62,790 nucleotides of DNA, filler included, from Globobulimina sp. (GCA_003354225.1; 24 parts of 24 records of this genome joined end to end with filler, not necessarily neighbours in it), one strand, 5' to 3'. Numbered from the whole stretch's first letter, positions 10,914-24,459 are shown. Numbers and translations are program-made. Notes: generated from the sequence alone by a model not told the origin.

Positions 10914-12950
10914 TTATCGATCATGCCAATTAATATGTCCTTTTAATAAACATTTCAGTGGAATTTTATTGTGGCATGGATTTAACAGCGTTAATTTACT
11001 GATAACGGACCTATTATGTGGATCATACTTAATTTCTTGCACATGAACAAAGCCCATCACATTGCTTGATCGAATCAATTTATTTTTCAATTTATTATTA
11101 TTTTGGAAAGGATCGGTCGAGATTTGTTGCTGTGTTTGATGATTATACATAATATTCTCATTCTCGTCATCATATTCAATAAGATTTAAGATATTAAACT
11201 GCGGAGTGTCTTGTTGCGAATGCGAATGTAAATGCGAATGAGTGGTATGCGCCGAGATGGTCCTTTCAATCAGATACTGTTCCTTCTCATTTATACCATT
11301 ATCAATATGCAAAATGGCCAATATTTGTCCACGTAATGAAGCATCAAAGCGGACGGGCAAAACACCAAAAGATTCCACCACACTCCGCTGATCTGCCGGT
11401 AACAAATCATTTTGCGTCTGGCCACTGCCAATTTGATAAATACGCAAAAAAACTGGCAACGTCTCACACGATAAAGGCCGATACGGTTTGTTCTCATTGG
11501 GGCCATAGAAATAATTACGAATGATATTGCGGCCAAGAGCCAGTCTCTCGGCTTGTTCGCGTACGATGACACCCCCACTTTTTATGCATTTCTCAATGGC
11601 AATAAAGCGATTTTTCCAATACGAGGATAAATCCAAACAATTATTTTCATTCAGATTCTTCATATTCGCTGCGTAATTTATGTGGTTCGAACGCGAGATA
11701 TTGGCCACATACTTCTGATGTCGTAAATAATTTAATGTCAACTCGTCATCCACACATAAAATCACATTGATATGGAATAATTTGATGATATTATTGATCA
11801 AATTCTTCATGTTCACACTCGGCGTACTGCAGCAACCGTGGCACTTGACAATAATTCCGGAAGTCCGCGCGTGTAAATTGACGATTAATTTTTTCTTGAT
11901 GGTCAACGACAATTTTTCCACGCATTTCTCGTAAACTTTTAAGCGTCGATCGGGATGGTCGTCGCCATAAAAATATATTATCGGCGAGATCTCCTTCAAT
12001 TCCTTCATATTGATATCAATATCTTCATTCATATTAATATCCGCCTCTCCATCTTTCGATTCCTTTTCTTTTTTGCTGTTCTTCAATTTATTCCCACTCT
12101 CATTCCCATTGTTGATGGAATGGTTGAATCCGTTGCAAACATCAATGGGTTCACTGATTGTGACGGCCGCAATGGTGCCGGGGATCGATATCATATTCAA
12201 TGAGCAATCCAAGTCAATCAAGATTGGGTAATATGAAGAGCGCAGACCATAATTACTTAAGATTTTGCAGAGCGATGCTTTGCCGCTGTTGGAGGGCCCC
12301 AACACTAAGACGCGCGGGCCATATGTCGCTATTTCTTTCATTATCTCCAGATCGAGGATTTTGTGCTCGTTTAAGCTGAAATCGTTGCGCAACACATCGG
12401 CGCTGATGCGTGGCAGCTTGGGTAGGGACAATAACTTATTTTCCAGCTCCAACTGTGTCACATGTAACTCCGCGGCGCGTCGCATGTTCACTAAGGCTGC
12501 GTTGTAGTTGCAATAAATTAGATATTCATTCGCGGCTTCCCGAGTAGCGAATTTGTGCTCGCAACTGCCGCGTTCGTATTTGATGTATAATGTGCAGCCG
12601 TTGTAGGTGAAGATGGAGATGTTGGCATTGGAGAACAAATACGAGTCGTTGATGTAATACATTTCTTCCCGATCGTGCGTGTTTGAGTTGATCTCATCGA
12701 TGGTCATCGATTTGGACGATTTGTTGTGGTATTTTTTACGTTTGGAATGATGACGATGCGAAGAGTACGGATTGTTGAACTTTTCATTGCGTTTCGCTTC
12801 GCGCAATTCTGTGCCAAATATCTCCGCTGAGCCATGCACCATCCATACTCTTATCCATTCTTTGGCTTTTAAATAAACGCGGTACTCTTCGTCTGGTTGG
12901 AGTTTGATGGTCTCGTAAACGAATTGTTCATCGTGATTTAGCATTGCCAT
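10914..12950 (-). CDS. CLP1: CLP1-family mRNA cleavage/polyadenylation factor (P-loop RNA kinase fold)
   Basis: GSAEIFGTEL, IFTYNGC, GPRVLVLGPSNSGK, IDLDC...SIPGTIAA, GGVIVR...IRNYFYG and GFVHV. Confidence 0.9.
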   Translation of the reverse strand: MAMLNHDEQFVYETIKLQPDEEYRVYLKAKEWIRVWMVHGSAEIFGTELREAKRNEKFNNPYSSHRHHSKRKKYHNKSSKSMTIDEINSNTHDREEMYYINDSYLFSNANISIFTYNGCTLYIKYERGSCEHKFATREAANEYLIYCNYNAALVNMRRAAELHVTQLELENKLLSLPKLPRISADVLRNDFSLNEHKILDLEIMKEIATYGPRVLVLGPSNSGKASLCKILSNYGLRSSYYPILIDLDCSLNMISIPGTIAAVTISEPIDVCNGFNHSINNGNESGNKLKNSKKEKESKDGEADINMNEDIDINMKELKEISPIIYFYGDDHPDRRLKVYEKCVEKLSLTIKKKLIVNLHARTSGIIVKCHGCCSTPSVNMKNLINNIIKLFHINVILCVDDELTLNYLRHQKYVANISRSNHINYAANMKNLNENNCLDLSSYWKNRFIAIEKCIKSGGVIVREQAERLALGRNIIRNYFYGPNENKPYRPLSCETLPVFLRIYQIGSGQTQNDLLPADQRSVVESFGVLPVRFDASLRGQILAILHIDNGINEKEQYLIERTISAHTTHSHLHSHSQQDTPQFNILNLIEYDDENENIMYNHQTQQQISTDPFQNNNKLKNKLIRSSNVMGFVHVQEIKYDPHNRSVISKLTLLNPCHNKIPLKCLLKGHINWHDR

Positions 12951-13111
12951 GATGACTGTGGACTGAAGTTTTTTAAATGATCTATAATGCGATTCAATTT
13001 TGTATTTCTTNNNNNNNNNNNNNNNNNNNNNNNNNNNNNNNNNNNNNNNNNNNNTTAATTAATTAANNNNNNNNNNNNNNNNNNNNNNNNNNNNNNNNNN
13101 NNNNNNNNNNA

Positions 13112-15631
13112 ATAATCGGTCGTTTACAGGCAAAAGATGTACAATTCCCACTACCACAACAGCCACAAGTACGACTGCAACAAAGTGATATATATGCTCG
13201 CAAACCGTACCATAGCTTTCTCGTCGACGTCGACGACGATGATGATTCCAAATCGATATCCAATGACGCTGAAAATTTAAACAATGACAATTCTAAAGCC
13301 ACAGAATGCGAATTGGAATTGGAATCCGATCGCGAATTGGAAGAAGAAGACATTTTGGTGCCGCACTATATGAACATTCAAGAACCACTGGCCTTGCAAG
13401 TGAATGATTACATCGATTATCGCTACGAGAATGGTCGCTATTTACTGTGCAAAATCATCGCCAAATCGCAGCAATTACAAAATATGATGTTATTGCATCC
13501 TGTGGGGAAACCTATATACGACACAAAATACGACCGTTTAGTCGATATATACCAGGAATATTTCAAGTTATCCCCGGCCAAATCCATTTGTTTGAAAAAA
13601 ATCAAATCCAAACGACACAAGTTGCACTCATTGCGGGTCAACGACTACATTGACATCAATCCCTTTTGCAATGGCCACAAAGGTTGGGTCAATGGCAAAA
13701 TCATCAAATTAGACGCAAATTCGTCGCAAGTTAAGGTCCTTTATCATAACAACAATGACAATACAAAGTATTCCTTCTGGGCACACTTACAAAACCGCCA
13801 AGAAGTGGCGGCCTTTCGTAGCCAATGCGACAATGTCGATCCACACCAAATAAATCTCGTAAATCACCAAATCAATACGAAATTTAAAAGCATTGATAAT
13901 ATGATTGAATTACAAATAAAGCCGCAACAGAAACATGTACACCAAGCGGACGTCGACGACCAACACGACGAAGCAGAGGAAAAACAGGCAAATGACGACG
14001 AACAGGAACAAGACGAACAGGGCCATGGCGAGGATATATTGAGCAAACATTTGGATTGCAGCGAGATTGATGATAATGGCATTTGTGCGCATTTATTGCA
14101 GTATGACGCCTTTAAATGGGAGTTCAAGTCGGCCACAGTGGAGATTTATAGATTGCAAATGAATCATATCAACCATACGCACATGTTACCACATCCAATT
14201 TCTATTCGTTTCCCGCAGTATTTCTCCTCCATCGCCATCCCGGCGGCGCAGACCCAATTTTTTGCCAATATTTTGCCACCAAAACATGGCGAGATCATTA
14301 AACATATTTCCATCAAGAAGTGGAGAGTACGCATCATCATCAAAGAGACCACGACGAAGGAGTTAATCAGCAAAATTGTGTTGAAGTTGCAGACTTCATT
14401 CGATATTAAGACGTCGACATTTGACTATGAGTCATCTCAATTTATGTTGAAAATCGTAGGCTGTCATGAATATATATTGTACGATGAGAATAAGTTAATC
14501 ATTGATTATGAAGCGGTGCGGAAAGCAGTTCGCAACGAAGACAATGTAAAGTTTCAGTTGTTGTATTGTCCCAATTTCAAACAGATTGAAAAAGAATGTT
14601 TCAATACAAATATGCATCATATCTCAAAATACAAAATGAAATATTTTGATGCGGGCTTACTAACAAAGCAAATCACTGCAAAACACCAACAAAAAATATT
14701 CAAATATTGCCCCAATGCGTGCGGTGATGGCGAGTATGATAACGATGTCAAAGAGGAAGCAGATGACGATCCGGATCCATTTGGAACTATAATCTCTGAT
14801 TTTGCGGCGCAATCATTTGATGCGGGCGACGATGAGCAGATATTGCCCAATTTAGCATCGATGAAAGATGTGGCCCATTTATTAAAGACCATTGACCGGC
14901 GGAATAATGAAATCTTTCTGCATGAATTTGACGAGTTTTATTGCCTAAAAATAATGTTTCTATTGAATGTGACGCAATTTCCATTATACAAACATTATTG
15001 TAAGAAACACAAAGGCTTAAAAGGGAAATGTAAATGGAGGGTGTTGGTACGGCACGAATTATGGATTGGCAGTCTCCGGTATGATGCTTGTACTTTTGAC
15101 ACAGACTACAAACACGGCACCAGTGTCGGTATGAGGTTCAACCAATCTTTTTGTGCACGCCTTAAATATTGCGACTTGGCGCGCGAATCATGCCTCTCAT
15201 TCACAGTGTATTTGTGCAAAATCAATGAGAATAAGGATAAGGATATCGATGCGAAAATAATCTGCTACGACCAAGAAATTGCCATTGCATTTGTGCGCTT
15301 TCCGTTGATTGACGACTGTAATATATTACGCAAAGGCCAGTATTCATTGAATCTGTGGCCCATTCCATTGTTTGTGAGCTATTACAAAGGACCCAAATGT
15401 GACGCATTCGCAGATTTATCCTTCAAATACACAGGTAATGCTCTATGAAATTTTATTTTTATATTATGCTATTTTTATGTGACGTACAGGAACTACGGTG
15501 GATAGATACTTGAAAAAGTTCAAAGATAACAAAAAAAAAGAATTGCAAAACGTGTTCAAATTAGGGATCGAATTTAAGGAATATAACAACGGTGAGACCA
15601 TCATCGCGTTGCCGTTGAATCATAGGTTTGA
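13112..15631 (+). CDS. Class I-like phosphatidylinositol 3-kinase, N-terminal half (Ras-binding and C2 domains); intron 15435-15489
   Basis: Ras-binding-like FMLKIVGCHEYIL..IIDYEAVR; C2-like DLARESCLSFTVY...AFVRFPLID...LRKGQYSLNLWP; splicing the 55-nt GT-AG intron keeps the frame. Confidence 0.78.
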
Positions 15632-15731
15632 NNNNNNNNNNNNNNNNNNNNNNNNNNNNNNNNNNNNNNNNNNNNTTAATTAATTAANNNNNNNNNNNNN
15701 NNNNNNNNNNNNNNNNNNNNNNNNNNNNNNN

Positions 15732-16174
15732 GCGTGCTTTTTCTTGCGTTTTTTCTGTTTTTTCTTTTCGTTTTTGTTTGCCCTTTTGTCCATTTCTTTG
15801 GTTTTTTCATCCAAATCTTGTAATATTGAATCAAGCACATCCGTATTATCGTTATCATGATCGTCATTGTCCTCATTCGGCATAATGAAGCTTGTACTGT
15901 TTGGATTATAGCCTTCTGATTCGTCCTCTTCATCATCAGTCAATATGGAGGCTGCAAATATATCATCAAATAATTCTTCAATCGTCTGGTTCTGAATTGG
16001 TGACTGCTGATTGCTATTTGAAGGTTTATTGTTTGAGTTATTTGATGCCTCTATTTTTGGTAAGGGACCTAATAAGTCTTCAAATACGAAATCTAAACCT
16101 TCGTGCGACATTGAGACTGATGGTTCTCTGTTGAATGGAGGATTCTCAGTGTTGACAAGATCCATAAATTGCAT
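15732..16174 (-). CDS. Acidic low-complexity protein, 5' part
   Basis: ATG-initiated ORF open to the contig edge; divergent from the G-alpha gene. Confidence 0.55.
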
Positions 16175-16414
16175 GATGTATGTTTGTGTGGTTTATGAAC
16201 ACGTGTCAAATTACGAGAAAGAATGCCTGCCAAAGAAAGAGTTTTTTACTTGCATTGATTGACAGTAATTTTTGTATCCTGATTATAATTATGCGGCTAC
16301 AGTTTATAGATAAATAAGATGACAGACATGATTACCTGTATAATATCTTTTATTTTATAAATCAGTTTAGCCGTATTTGACCATTTCAAAAACTTAGTGA
16401 AGTACGCGTAAATA

Positions 16415-17632
16415 ATGGGTTGTTGTTCAGGAAGTCCAGAACGAGTGAAAGACAAAGCAGTCGGAAAAGAACTGTCGGGAAACAAAAAAGAAGACGCCAA
16501 CATCAAAAAATTGTTATTTTTGGGCAGTGGTGGTAGTGGAAAATCCACCTTATTCAAACAATTGCGTTCCATCCATGGAGAGGGTTTTTTAGATAAAGAT
16601 CGTCTCGGTTTCAAAGATCATATCTATTCGCAGGTCATTGAGCAAATGAAAAATATCATCGAATTATATGACGAATTACGCGAAGAATGCTCGGAGGAAT
16701 TTGGCCATTTAAAATTGTCGCCAACCGGTGACAAATCCGCCCAATATATCGATTATATTCGTAACGATATGGATGTGGACGAATCTGTAGCTACAAATAT
16801 CGAGATATTATGGCAAGAGGCCGCCATTAAAGAAATATTTGATAACCGCGCAAAATTAAAAATTGACGATTCTTCTGCCTATTTTTTCGACGAAGTGCGC
16901 AGAATTGCTACACGTTCATATATACCAACGGATAAAGTATGTTTTGATGATATTTAGACGCAAAATCGCATGTAAATCATGCAAAATATACACTTTTTTT
17001 CTGTTAGGATTTGTTATTAGTTCGACATCGAACCACCGGAGTGATTGAACAGAAATTTTTAGTGCGCGGGACAACTTTTGACATCTTTGATGTTGGCGGA
17101 CAACGCAGTGAACGCAAAAAATGGATTCATTGCTTTGAGCACGTGACAGCAGTCATATTTGTGGCCAGTTTATCATGTTACGACGAGGTGATGTTTGAGG
17201 ATGACACACAAAACGCAATGTTGGATTCTATTGAGTTGTTTGAAGAGATTTGCAATTTACGATGGTTTATACAGACGGCGATGATTTTATTTTTGAATAA
17301 GAAAGATTTGTTTGCCGCAAAGGTGCAGAAAGTGCCCATTTCTGTGTGCTTTGACGAATACGATGGAGCTGATGGCTATGATGAGTGTTAAGTGTATTTA
17401 GTTTGTATTTTGATTGTGGATAACACGCAATATCGCATACTTATAATTAAATATATGTAAAGGTGTTGGTTTCATACGGGAGCAATTTGAGCATAGAAAT
17501 AAGAATCCCCGGGAAAAACAAATATATTCGCATGTTACGTGTGCGACGGACAAAAGTAATGTTGAGAAAGTATTTGGTGACGTACAACATATTGTTATTA
17601 ATACAAGTCTCGCCAGAGGTGGATTAATATAA
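16415..17632 (+). CDS. Heterotrimeric G-protein alpha subunit, complete (introns 16937-17007 and 17387-17462)
   Basis: MGCC lipidation start, LLFLGSGGSGKST, RHRTTG, DVGGQRSERKKW, FLNKKD and TCATD; both introns restore the frame. Confidence 0.96.
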
Positions 17633-18352
17633 TAATTTCTCGTTCTTTCCACATATTAACATAGTCTCATATTGTTGTAGTATTTTTTTTTGATAGTCTA
17701 ATTTCTCTAAAATAGTATAAATGTATAATAGATGTTCTTGTTTATTATTATTCATTTGTTTTGTTTTTTGGTTCTTTTTTTTTATGTTTTTGATCGATGT
17801 AAAGAAATTCACAAATTACTGTTAAAATATATCGTCTTCGTATTAATTTTGTTAATGGAGAAAAAATTACAGACAATTCATAAACCAAATCGTTATTTTG
17901 GTATAAATACCACTTAATTGTTTAGAGCTACTCAGCAAAACTTCTTTGATGAAATATTAAAAGATAAAAAATCATGTATGTATTTTTTAGTGTATCATTC
18001 TATTATATATAATTATTTATTATTATATAGATTACAAGGAAGATAAATCAACCATGACCATAAATCTTTGTGACACAACGCCATAATAATAACGTATTCT
18101 GCAAAACCAATATCGGAAAAATATCCAAAAAAAATCAAAATCAAAATTAAATAAATTCCACTGCAATTCGAATTCCACTGCAAAGGATGAAATTATTAGA
18201 ATCCAACAGTTGTGAGTGTTGCGTGGCTATTATGAACGCATTATTTGTATTANNNNNNNNNNNNNNNNNNNNNNNNNNNNNNNNNNNNNNNNNNNNTTAA
18301 TTAATTAANNNNNNNNNNNNNNNNNNNNNNNNNNNNNNNNNNNNNNNNNNNN

Positions 18353-18537
18353 ATTTGTGTTGCTGTTTTTAATTGCGATTCATCCGTCACATTTAAATCG
18401 ACATTGGTTGGGACAGATTTGGGTGATTTTTGAGCTTCATCGAATACGTTGAGGTCCATGTTTGTTGATCCACCCAACGTCGAGTTGCCATATTGGACAT
18501 TGTTATTGATTGTGATCTGTTGCTGCAAGGTTGCCAT
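18353..18537 (-). CDS. 5' end of an unknown gene with TNxDLNVxDE repeats
   Basis: ATG-initiated ORF running to the contig edge; two imperfect peptide repeats. Confidence 0.45.
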
Positions 18538-18634
18538 TGTCCGTCTAGTTTACTAGGAGGCAAGTGGGAAAAGTGTGGTAAGGTTTTTTTATTAGGTAAT
18601 TGGAGCTAAGGTTTTGCAAATTGCTACGCCCACA

Positions 18635-20873
18635 ATGTCACTAGATTTAGTAAACTTAGCGCAGACTACTTCGCGACTAATCAATCAAACATCAAATGCA
18701 AACGTCGTTGAATCAAATATATTAAAATTACAAACACTAAGCATAACCATTGAAGAAGAAAGACGTAAATTGCAATGTGAAAAAACAGAATTTCGCAGGC
18801 TCAAAAAACAAATGGATGAAGAAAAAGCTGCTTTACAAACAAAAAAAACAAATATGCAAAACCAAAAAGAAATGATAAGACACCAAATGCTGAAACAAAA
18901 ATCAATTCAATCACTCTCAACCGACGCAAAATTACAACAAAGAAAACAACATCAAATGCTCAAAAAAAAATTAGATCAGGTCTCCAAAGAACTAACTGTC
19001 TCAAAAAAACAATTAATGAGCGCACAGTTAACTAAATTACATATATATATAATCTGAAATACCCAAAAACGTTTTTGTTTTACAAAATAGACGAAAAGGA
19101 AACGGTGATAAAGAAAAACGTTACAAAGCACTAGAAAGACGGTATCTCGCTGAAAAAAAGAACAATAAAACTTTAAAACGTGAGTTGGATGGCACCCATT
19201 CAGAATTAGCCATCGCTAAACGAAAACTAATGAGCTCACAAAGGAAAGGTATCGCTGGCAAATCTGATGCGAAATACAAGGCATTATTACGGAAATGGAT
19301 GCGACAACGTAAAAAACTAAAATTAGCATTAACTGAACTCGAAGACAGAGCGAATTTTTATCGTCGACAACTAGGTGCATTTAAGAAAAAACAGGCCAAA
19401 TTACTCAGGCAACAAAAGGCAATGCTAAAAGGCAAGAAAGAGGCTGTCAAATATGTCTTTATCGATGATATGGTCTCGATTAGATTCCACAGCAAACATA
19501 AAAATAAAATTAAAATTGTCACCAAAAAAGGTAAAACTATCTTAGTCGACAATGTTAAGGTGATTCACGAGAAAGGAAAGAAGAAAAAAAGGAAGAAAAA
19601 TGGAGCAAAAGAAAATAATTTTGTGGAGGATGCTTCGTGGATGGAACAGAATGAAATTGTGCAACAATTATTAGCTAATATAGATGGCGAAGATGACTAC
19701 GAATCTTCTTTTTTTCAGACTGAAATGGAGCTGGAGCCAGCAGAGGAGAATGAGACTGATTTTGACGATTTGCCAGTATTACGCGGCGATGTTCTGGATT
19801 GGAAACAAGAAATGCAGCAACGGAATGAAGATCTGAACATATTAATGTCCATTGCCACATCGAACAATGCGAATATAAATTTTGAGGATTTGGTGAGTTG
19901 CATTGTGGAACGAAATGCAATGTTATTTGAAGAGTTTGATGAGAAAGAATTGGAACAAGACTTGGAAACATATGAATTTGAGGAGTTTGAGGAGAAAACA
20001 AATGTGGTTGGTCGCAAGAATCAATATGATGAAAGCTTGAAATTATTGAAAACGAACTGTGATGAATATTTAGTAAAAGTGCAGGATACCATCAGCAGTT
20101 TGCAGCGCATTGTGGAGAAGAATGAGAGCAACAAAGCACGGGTTAGTATTATAAAACGGAAATCCATGCAATCAGAGAGTTTATTAACACCTACACCGAA
20201 TTTATCACATTTGTCACTTAGTGAATGGTCAGCAAGTCAGATATCGTTATTTAATGCAGATAGTGTTGTTGATGAGATATCGAGTTTCTACATCGCAGAA
20301 TTGGATGAACGGGCTAAAGATCTTAAGTTAATGCATGAGATATTTTATTCACTGCATACCAGTGATGATAAGATGACATTGGTGAACTTGGAAGAAATTG
20401 TCAAAGGTATAGATGACCGTATTGACGATATCGAAGATGATGATAAGTTTATGGTGAAATTTATAGCGAATATGCAAAATTGGAAGTTGCAGTTTCAAGA
20501 ACACGCTGTTAGACAAGCGATGTTGATCACGGAATTGAGGTTTGTTTATGTGGAAATTGTGAATGAATAGGTAACTTTTTTCAATTTTGAATGTGCATTA
20601 AGTGAGAGGCGCAATGAAGTAGAACAATTATTTGGTGTTATTGACATTTCTGGCGGTAATAATAAAGCATTAATGAACCGGATAACTACATTAAGTCACA
20701 ACATTGATGGTAGACATCAGAATGTAGCCAACATTGTGGATGTAGCACGCTATGAAACTATTTTAGGTCCGGATAACAATATTGATTCGTACGAGACAAA
20801 TACAGATTGTTTTATTGATATTGATGATGATACAGAAACGCAAAACAATTATTATGATTTCATATCAATATTA
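18635..20873 (+). CDS. Large coiled-coil protein (intron 19027-19090; another intron likely near 20540-20600), truncated
   Basis: Splicing joins ORFs 18614 and 19185 and reveals a duplicated motif LMSAQRKG..RYKAL / LMSSQRKG..KYKAL. Confidence 0.65.
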
Positions 20874-20973
20874 NNNNNNNNNNNNNNNNNNNNNNNNNNN
20901 NNNNNNNNNNNNNNNNNTTAATTAATTAANNNNNNNNNNNNNNNNNNNNNNNNNNNNNNNNNNNNNNNNNNNN

Positions 20974-23330
20974 CGGAATGAAATCATTGCTAAAAACAAC
21001 GAAAACATTGCGAGAAAAAAACTCGATGTTAAAAATGCAAAAGCAGAATATCGCCAGTTGCAAAATTCGCTGCCTTCAGTTTGTCAGTATTACCGAAACC
21101 AACATGGACATTTAAGTCATTATGGATATATTTGCAAGAAATGTAGCATCGAAAGAAAGATGAAGGATATCAAGATTAGTATATATGAGGATTATTTTCC
21201 TGATGATGTGTCTACACAATATTTTATCGTATTTAATATAAATATTCCTGAGATGTTGTATTATTTAAGAAATTCTATTTGTATATTAAATGCAGAATTG
21301 TTATATAAGCAGGTTTGTGCTGTTGATTCGTGGAATAAATGGTCATCGCTATTGAGTTCATTCAAACAAACATGTTATGGTTCGTCATCAAAACAACATC
21401 TTGTGTTCACAAATAAAAAAGCAACATCAACCCATTATAACTCAAAGCATTGTACAACATCAATGGATGCATTCTTTTCAATATGTGGTAGCAATGTAGC
21501 CGTAAATATTTCTAGTTTTGGTGGATTCAAGTTGCCTCACATTACTTCCTACCAATTAGCAAAACAATATAAAATGTTACAATGGAGTATTGAGAACAAT
21601 ATGCATAATCAGAATAAGATTTTAGTTGAACAACATCAATGTCCACCAAATATGAATTTAAATGATTATATTGCATTTGGTTCAATGCGCGCTGGACAAA
21701 ATACCCAAATATATAATATTTTGAATCAATTGACATGCAGAAAGTTATCATTTAATGAACGCAGAACCGTATTTTTAATAATACAGACATTGTGGCAGGG
21801 AATACCGCCAATAAATTATGATTTTGATGACAATCAATTTAATTTACAAATGATTGCCCAAATAAATTTAATGTTGGATGATATAAAAGAAAATTGGAAT
21901 CAATACAATGCGATGTTAAATATGATATTTATATTAAGACGAATAATTGAATTTGGATCTGATTCATCTGAATATAAAAATACATGCAATGTATCGGCAC
22001 GTGATACATTAAGAAAATGCTTAGATATTTGCAAAAATTGGATTGCTGAAATTGAGAACAAGTTTACGAAGGTGCAGCGTGACGAAAAATATAAAAAAGA
22101 ACTTAAATATATTTATGTGAATATATCATTATGTCAAGCATTCACATTTAAATATATTTTGAATGGAAATAATTCAGATTGTACATGTTTAGATTGGTTA
22201 ATTGTAATGAATAATATTAAAGAAAATATAATTATTTATGATGCTGCTTCAGAAAAACATCTATATTCAATTAATATGTTGAGAATATTTGAGAATGAGA
22301 GAAGAGAGATAGTAAATGAGTGTGATATTTATGGCAAGCTCAGTAATGAAATATTAACTGAATTTGTAAGACGCAAATGGAAAGATTCAAGTAATTCATA
22401 TAATTTTAAACAATTTGCTGAGTCCAATTGGTATGAGTTTATATCATCAGATTTAGTGTTACAAATTAATATTTTGACTGGGAAGTTTTTGAAAAATGGG
22501 ATCCCAACCACCAGATTACCTGAAAAGGTGACACATAATTCAGATTTTAAGTATTTATTCAAAGATATTGTATTGGACGTTGATCCATGCAAACAAGCAA
22601 ATAAATGGACAACCAAACATAAAATAAATGAGTATGAGTATGCATTTGCATATATTAGTAAAAATAAAATAATTATTACACAGATTGGTACTGATAATAG
22701 AAAATATCAATTTGTATCTAAATCACATATATCTGATGATTTACCATTTATAATGAAACATAATTTTGATCATTGGTACGATTTGAGCACTCAACAAATT
22801 CAATTCAGAGAAAATAGTTTCGATATAATGTCAGTCAAATTCATTTGGGATGAAAAATCCAAACAACTTTGTTGTGTAAGTAATAATTCCAAACAATTAA
22901 TAAATAAACATTGTTTTCAACCGATTAGAAATATATTTGAAGGACTTGAGGACCCACAACACCAATATTTATGGGAAATTAATGATACACATATTGTAAT
23001 GGAATTGCCTCGGTATGATATAACATTTGAATTAATAGACGATGGTGGAAATAAATATCGTTTATATTGCAATGAATATAAAATGTTCATAGCAGTAGAT
23101 CAAGGATTGGGTACATTGATAAATTTAAAACGTAAATTAGTATTAGTTGGCGATACAAATACTAAAACTGTATTAATACCAAATGGTGGTATTTCATGTG
23201 TATCCACAGATTCTTATAAATGCCATCACCACACATTGGTTAATTTGGACAATACACAAACGAAAATTAGATTATTTGCATATAATATTGATAACTCTTT
23301 AAAATGTTTGGTTGGTAAAGGAAATGTCGC
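20974..23330 (+). CDS. Internal fragment of a DUF3638/DUF3645-type giant protein
   Basis: QCPPNMNLNDYIAFGSMRAG...LSFNE..LIIQTLWQ, INILTGKFLKNGIPTTRLP, ELPRYDITF, QGLGTLINLKRKLVL and VLIPNG match motifs I recall from this family. Confidence 0.7.
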
Positions 23331-23370
23331 ACAGTGGCAACAGATAATTCTTCTCCGCTGGAGATCGACC

Positions 23371-23494
23371 ATGTCCAAGAGCCTCTTCCTAGTCGATGGC
23401 ATGGCCATTGCCTATCGTTCCTACTTCGCCTTCATCAACAATCCCCTGATCAATTCCAAAGGGGAGAACACCAGCGCCGTCTTCGGCTTTGCCA
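23371..23494 (+). CDS. polA: Bacterial DNA polymerase I N-terminus (5'-3' exonuclease domain), chimeric end of contig
   Basis: GGAG ribosome-binding site, then MSKSLFLVDGMAIAYRSYFAFINNPLINSKGENTSAVFGF; abrupt rise in GC content. Confidence 0.9.
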
Positions 23495-23594
23495 NNNNNN
23501 NNNNNNNNNNNNNNNNNNNNNNNNNNNNNNNNNNNNNNTTAATTAATTAANNNNNNNNNNNNNNNNNNNNNNNNNNNNNNNNNNNNNNNNNNNN

Positions 23595-24175
23595 CGTGTA
23601 TAATCGAAAGCAAGTCATTACACTCACATGACATGTCGCAGAAAGTAGACATCGATAAACCAACAGTTATATGGCGTAAAAGGTCGACACGTTTGCGAGA
23701 ATTGAAAGGTATGGTACGTACAAGTCACACACATTTGAAAAGGGTAAAAGGTACAGTACGTACAAGTCGTAAAATCGCAAGTAAATCAAAGGCGTCAAAT
23801 GAGCAAAGTATCGGAAGTAAATTGAAACGACGCTTAAAGAATCGACGCACATGTAAACAGCGCACTTCGCACAAGCGACCACACGTCAAATTGAAACGAA
23901 ATACAAAAGTCAAATGTCAACCCAGAAGCAAGGACAGTGGTCAATGGTCAACAAGAATGGAACGATTTAAGAAGTATGGCGTTTGGAGACGACGAGAACC
24001 AAGTCAAAGGACCAGCGCTCATCACAAGGAATATGGATCGAATCATCATCAATGGATCATTGCATTCAAGAGACGAACGGACACGGCACGAAGGCCCAAA
24101 TTCAAAGAAGTTCAAGAAGCGACCAAGGATCAGACGAAGAACCGAAGCACTTCCGGTGAACTTTGGCCTAGGGAA
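23595..24175 (+). mobile_element. 3' internal end of a BEL/Pao element with purine-rich PPT-like tract
   Basis: Basic ORF reads into the LTR; AGGGAA sits immediately before the LTR-initial TG. Confidence 0.5.
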
Positions 24176-24454
24176 TGTTGCGGATTGCATGAATTTATTA
24201 TATGATCTATTGTTTGAGTTATTGTATATTTATTATATGCCCGTATTTGAATGTTTGTATTGATTGTGATTGGCCGGTTGGTCACGTGATTTAGAACGTT
24301 CTAGGGTTTCCGGTTTGTCTGTTCGCTCCCCGCTGAGTTATCTCTTTAGTTTATTTGTTTTACAAAGTTGCTTGCGGTCGACTCCTAGTCGAGCGGTCGT
24401 AATAAATTTCTTTTTATACGTTGAACGTGTCTTCGGTTTCGGTCGTCCGCTACA
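24176..24454 (+). repeat. Long terminal repeat (279 bp)
   Basis: TG...CA ends with an 8/9 inverted match (TGTTGCGGA / TCCGCTACA); internal AATAAA; flanked by PPT-like tract and PBS. Confidence 0.8.
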
Positions 24455-24459
24455 TTTAA

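Noticed and set aside
21058..23494. Genuine DUF3638-PolA fusion protein
   Set aside because: polA has its own ribosome-binding site and start codon plus a sharp GC change; a chimera is far more likely.
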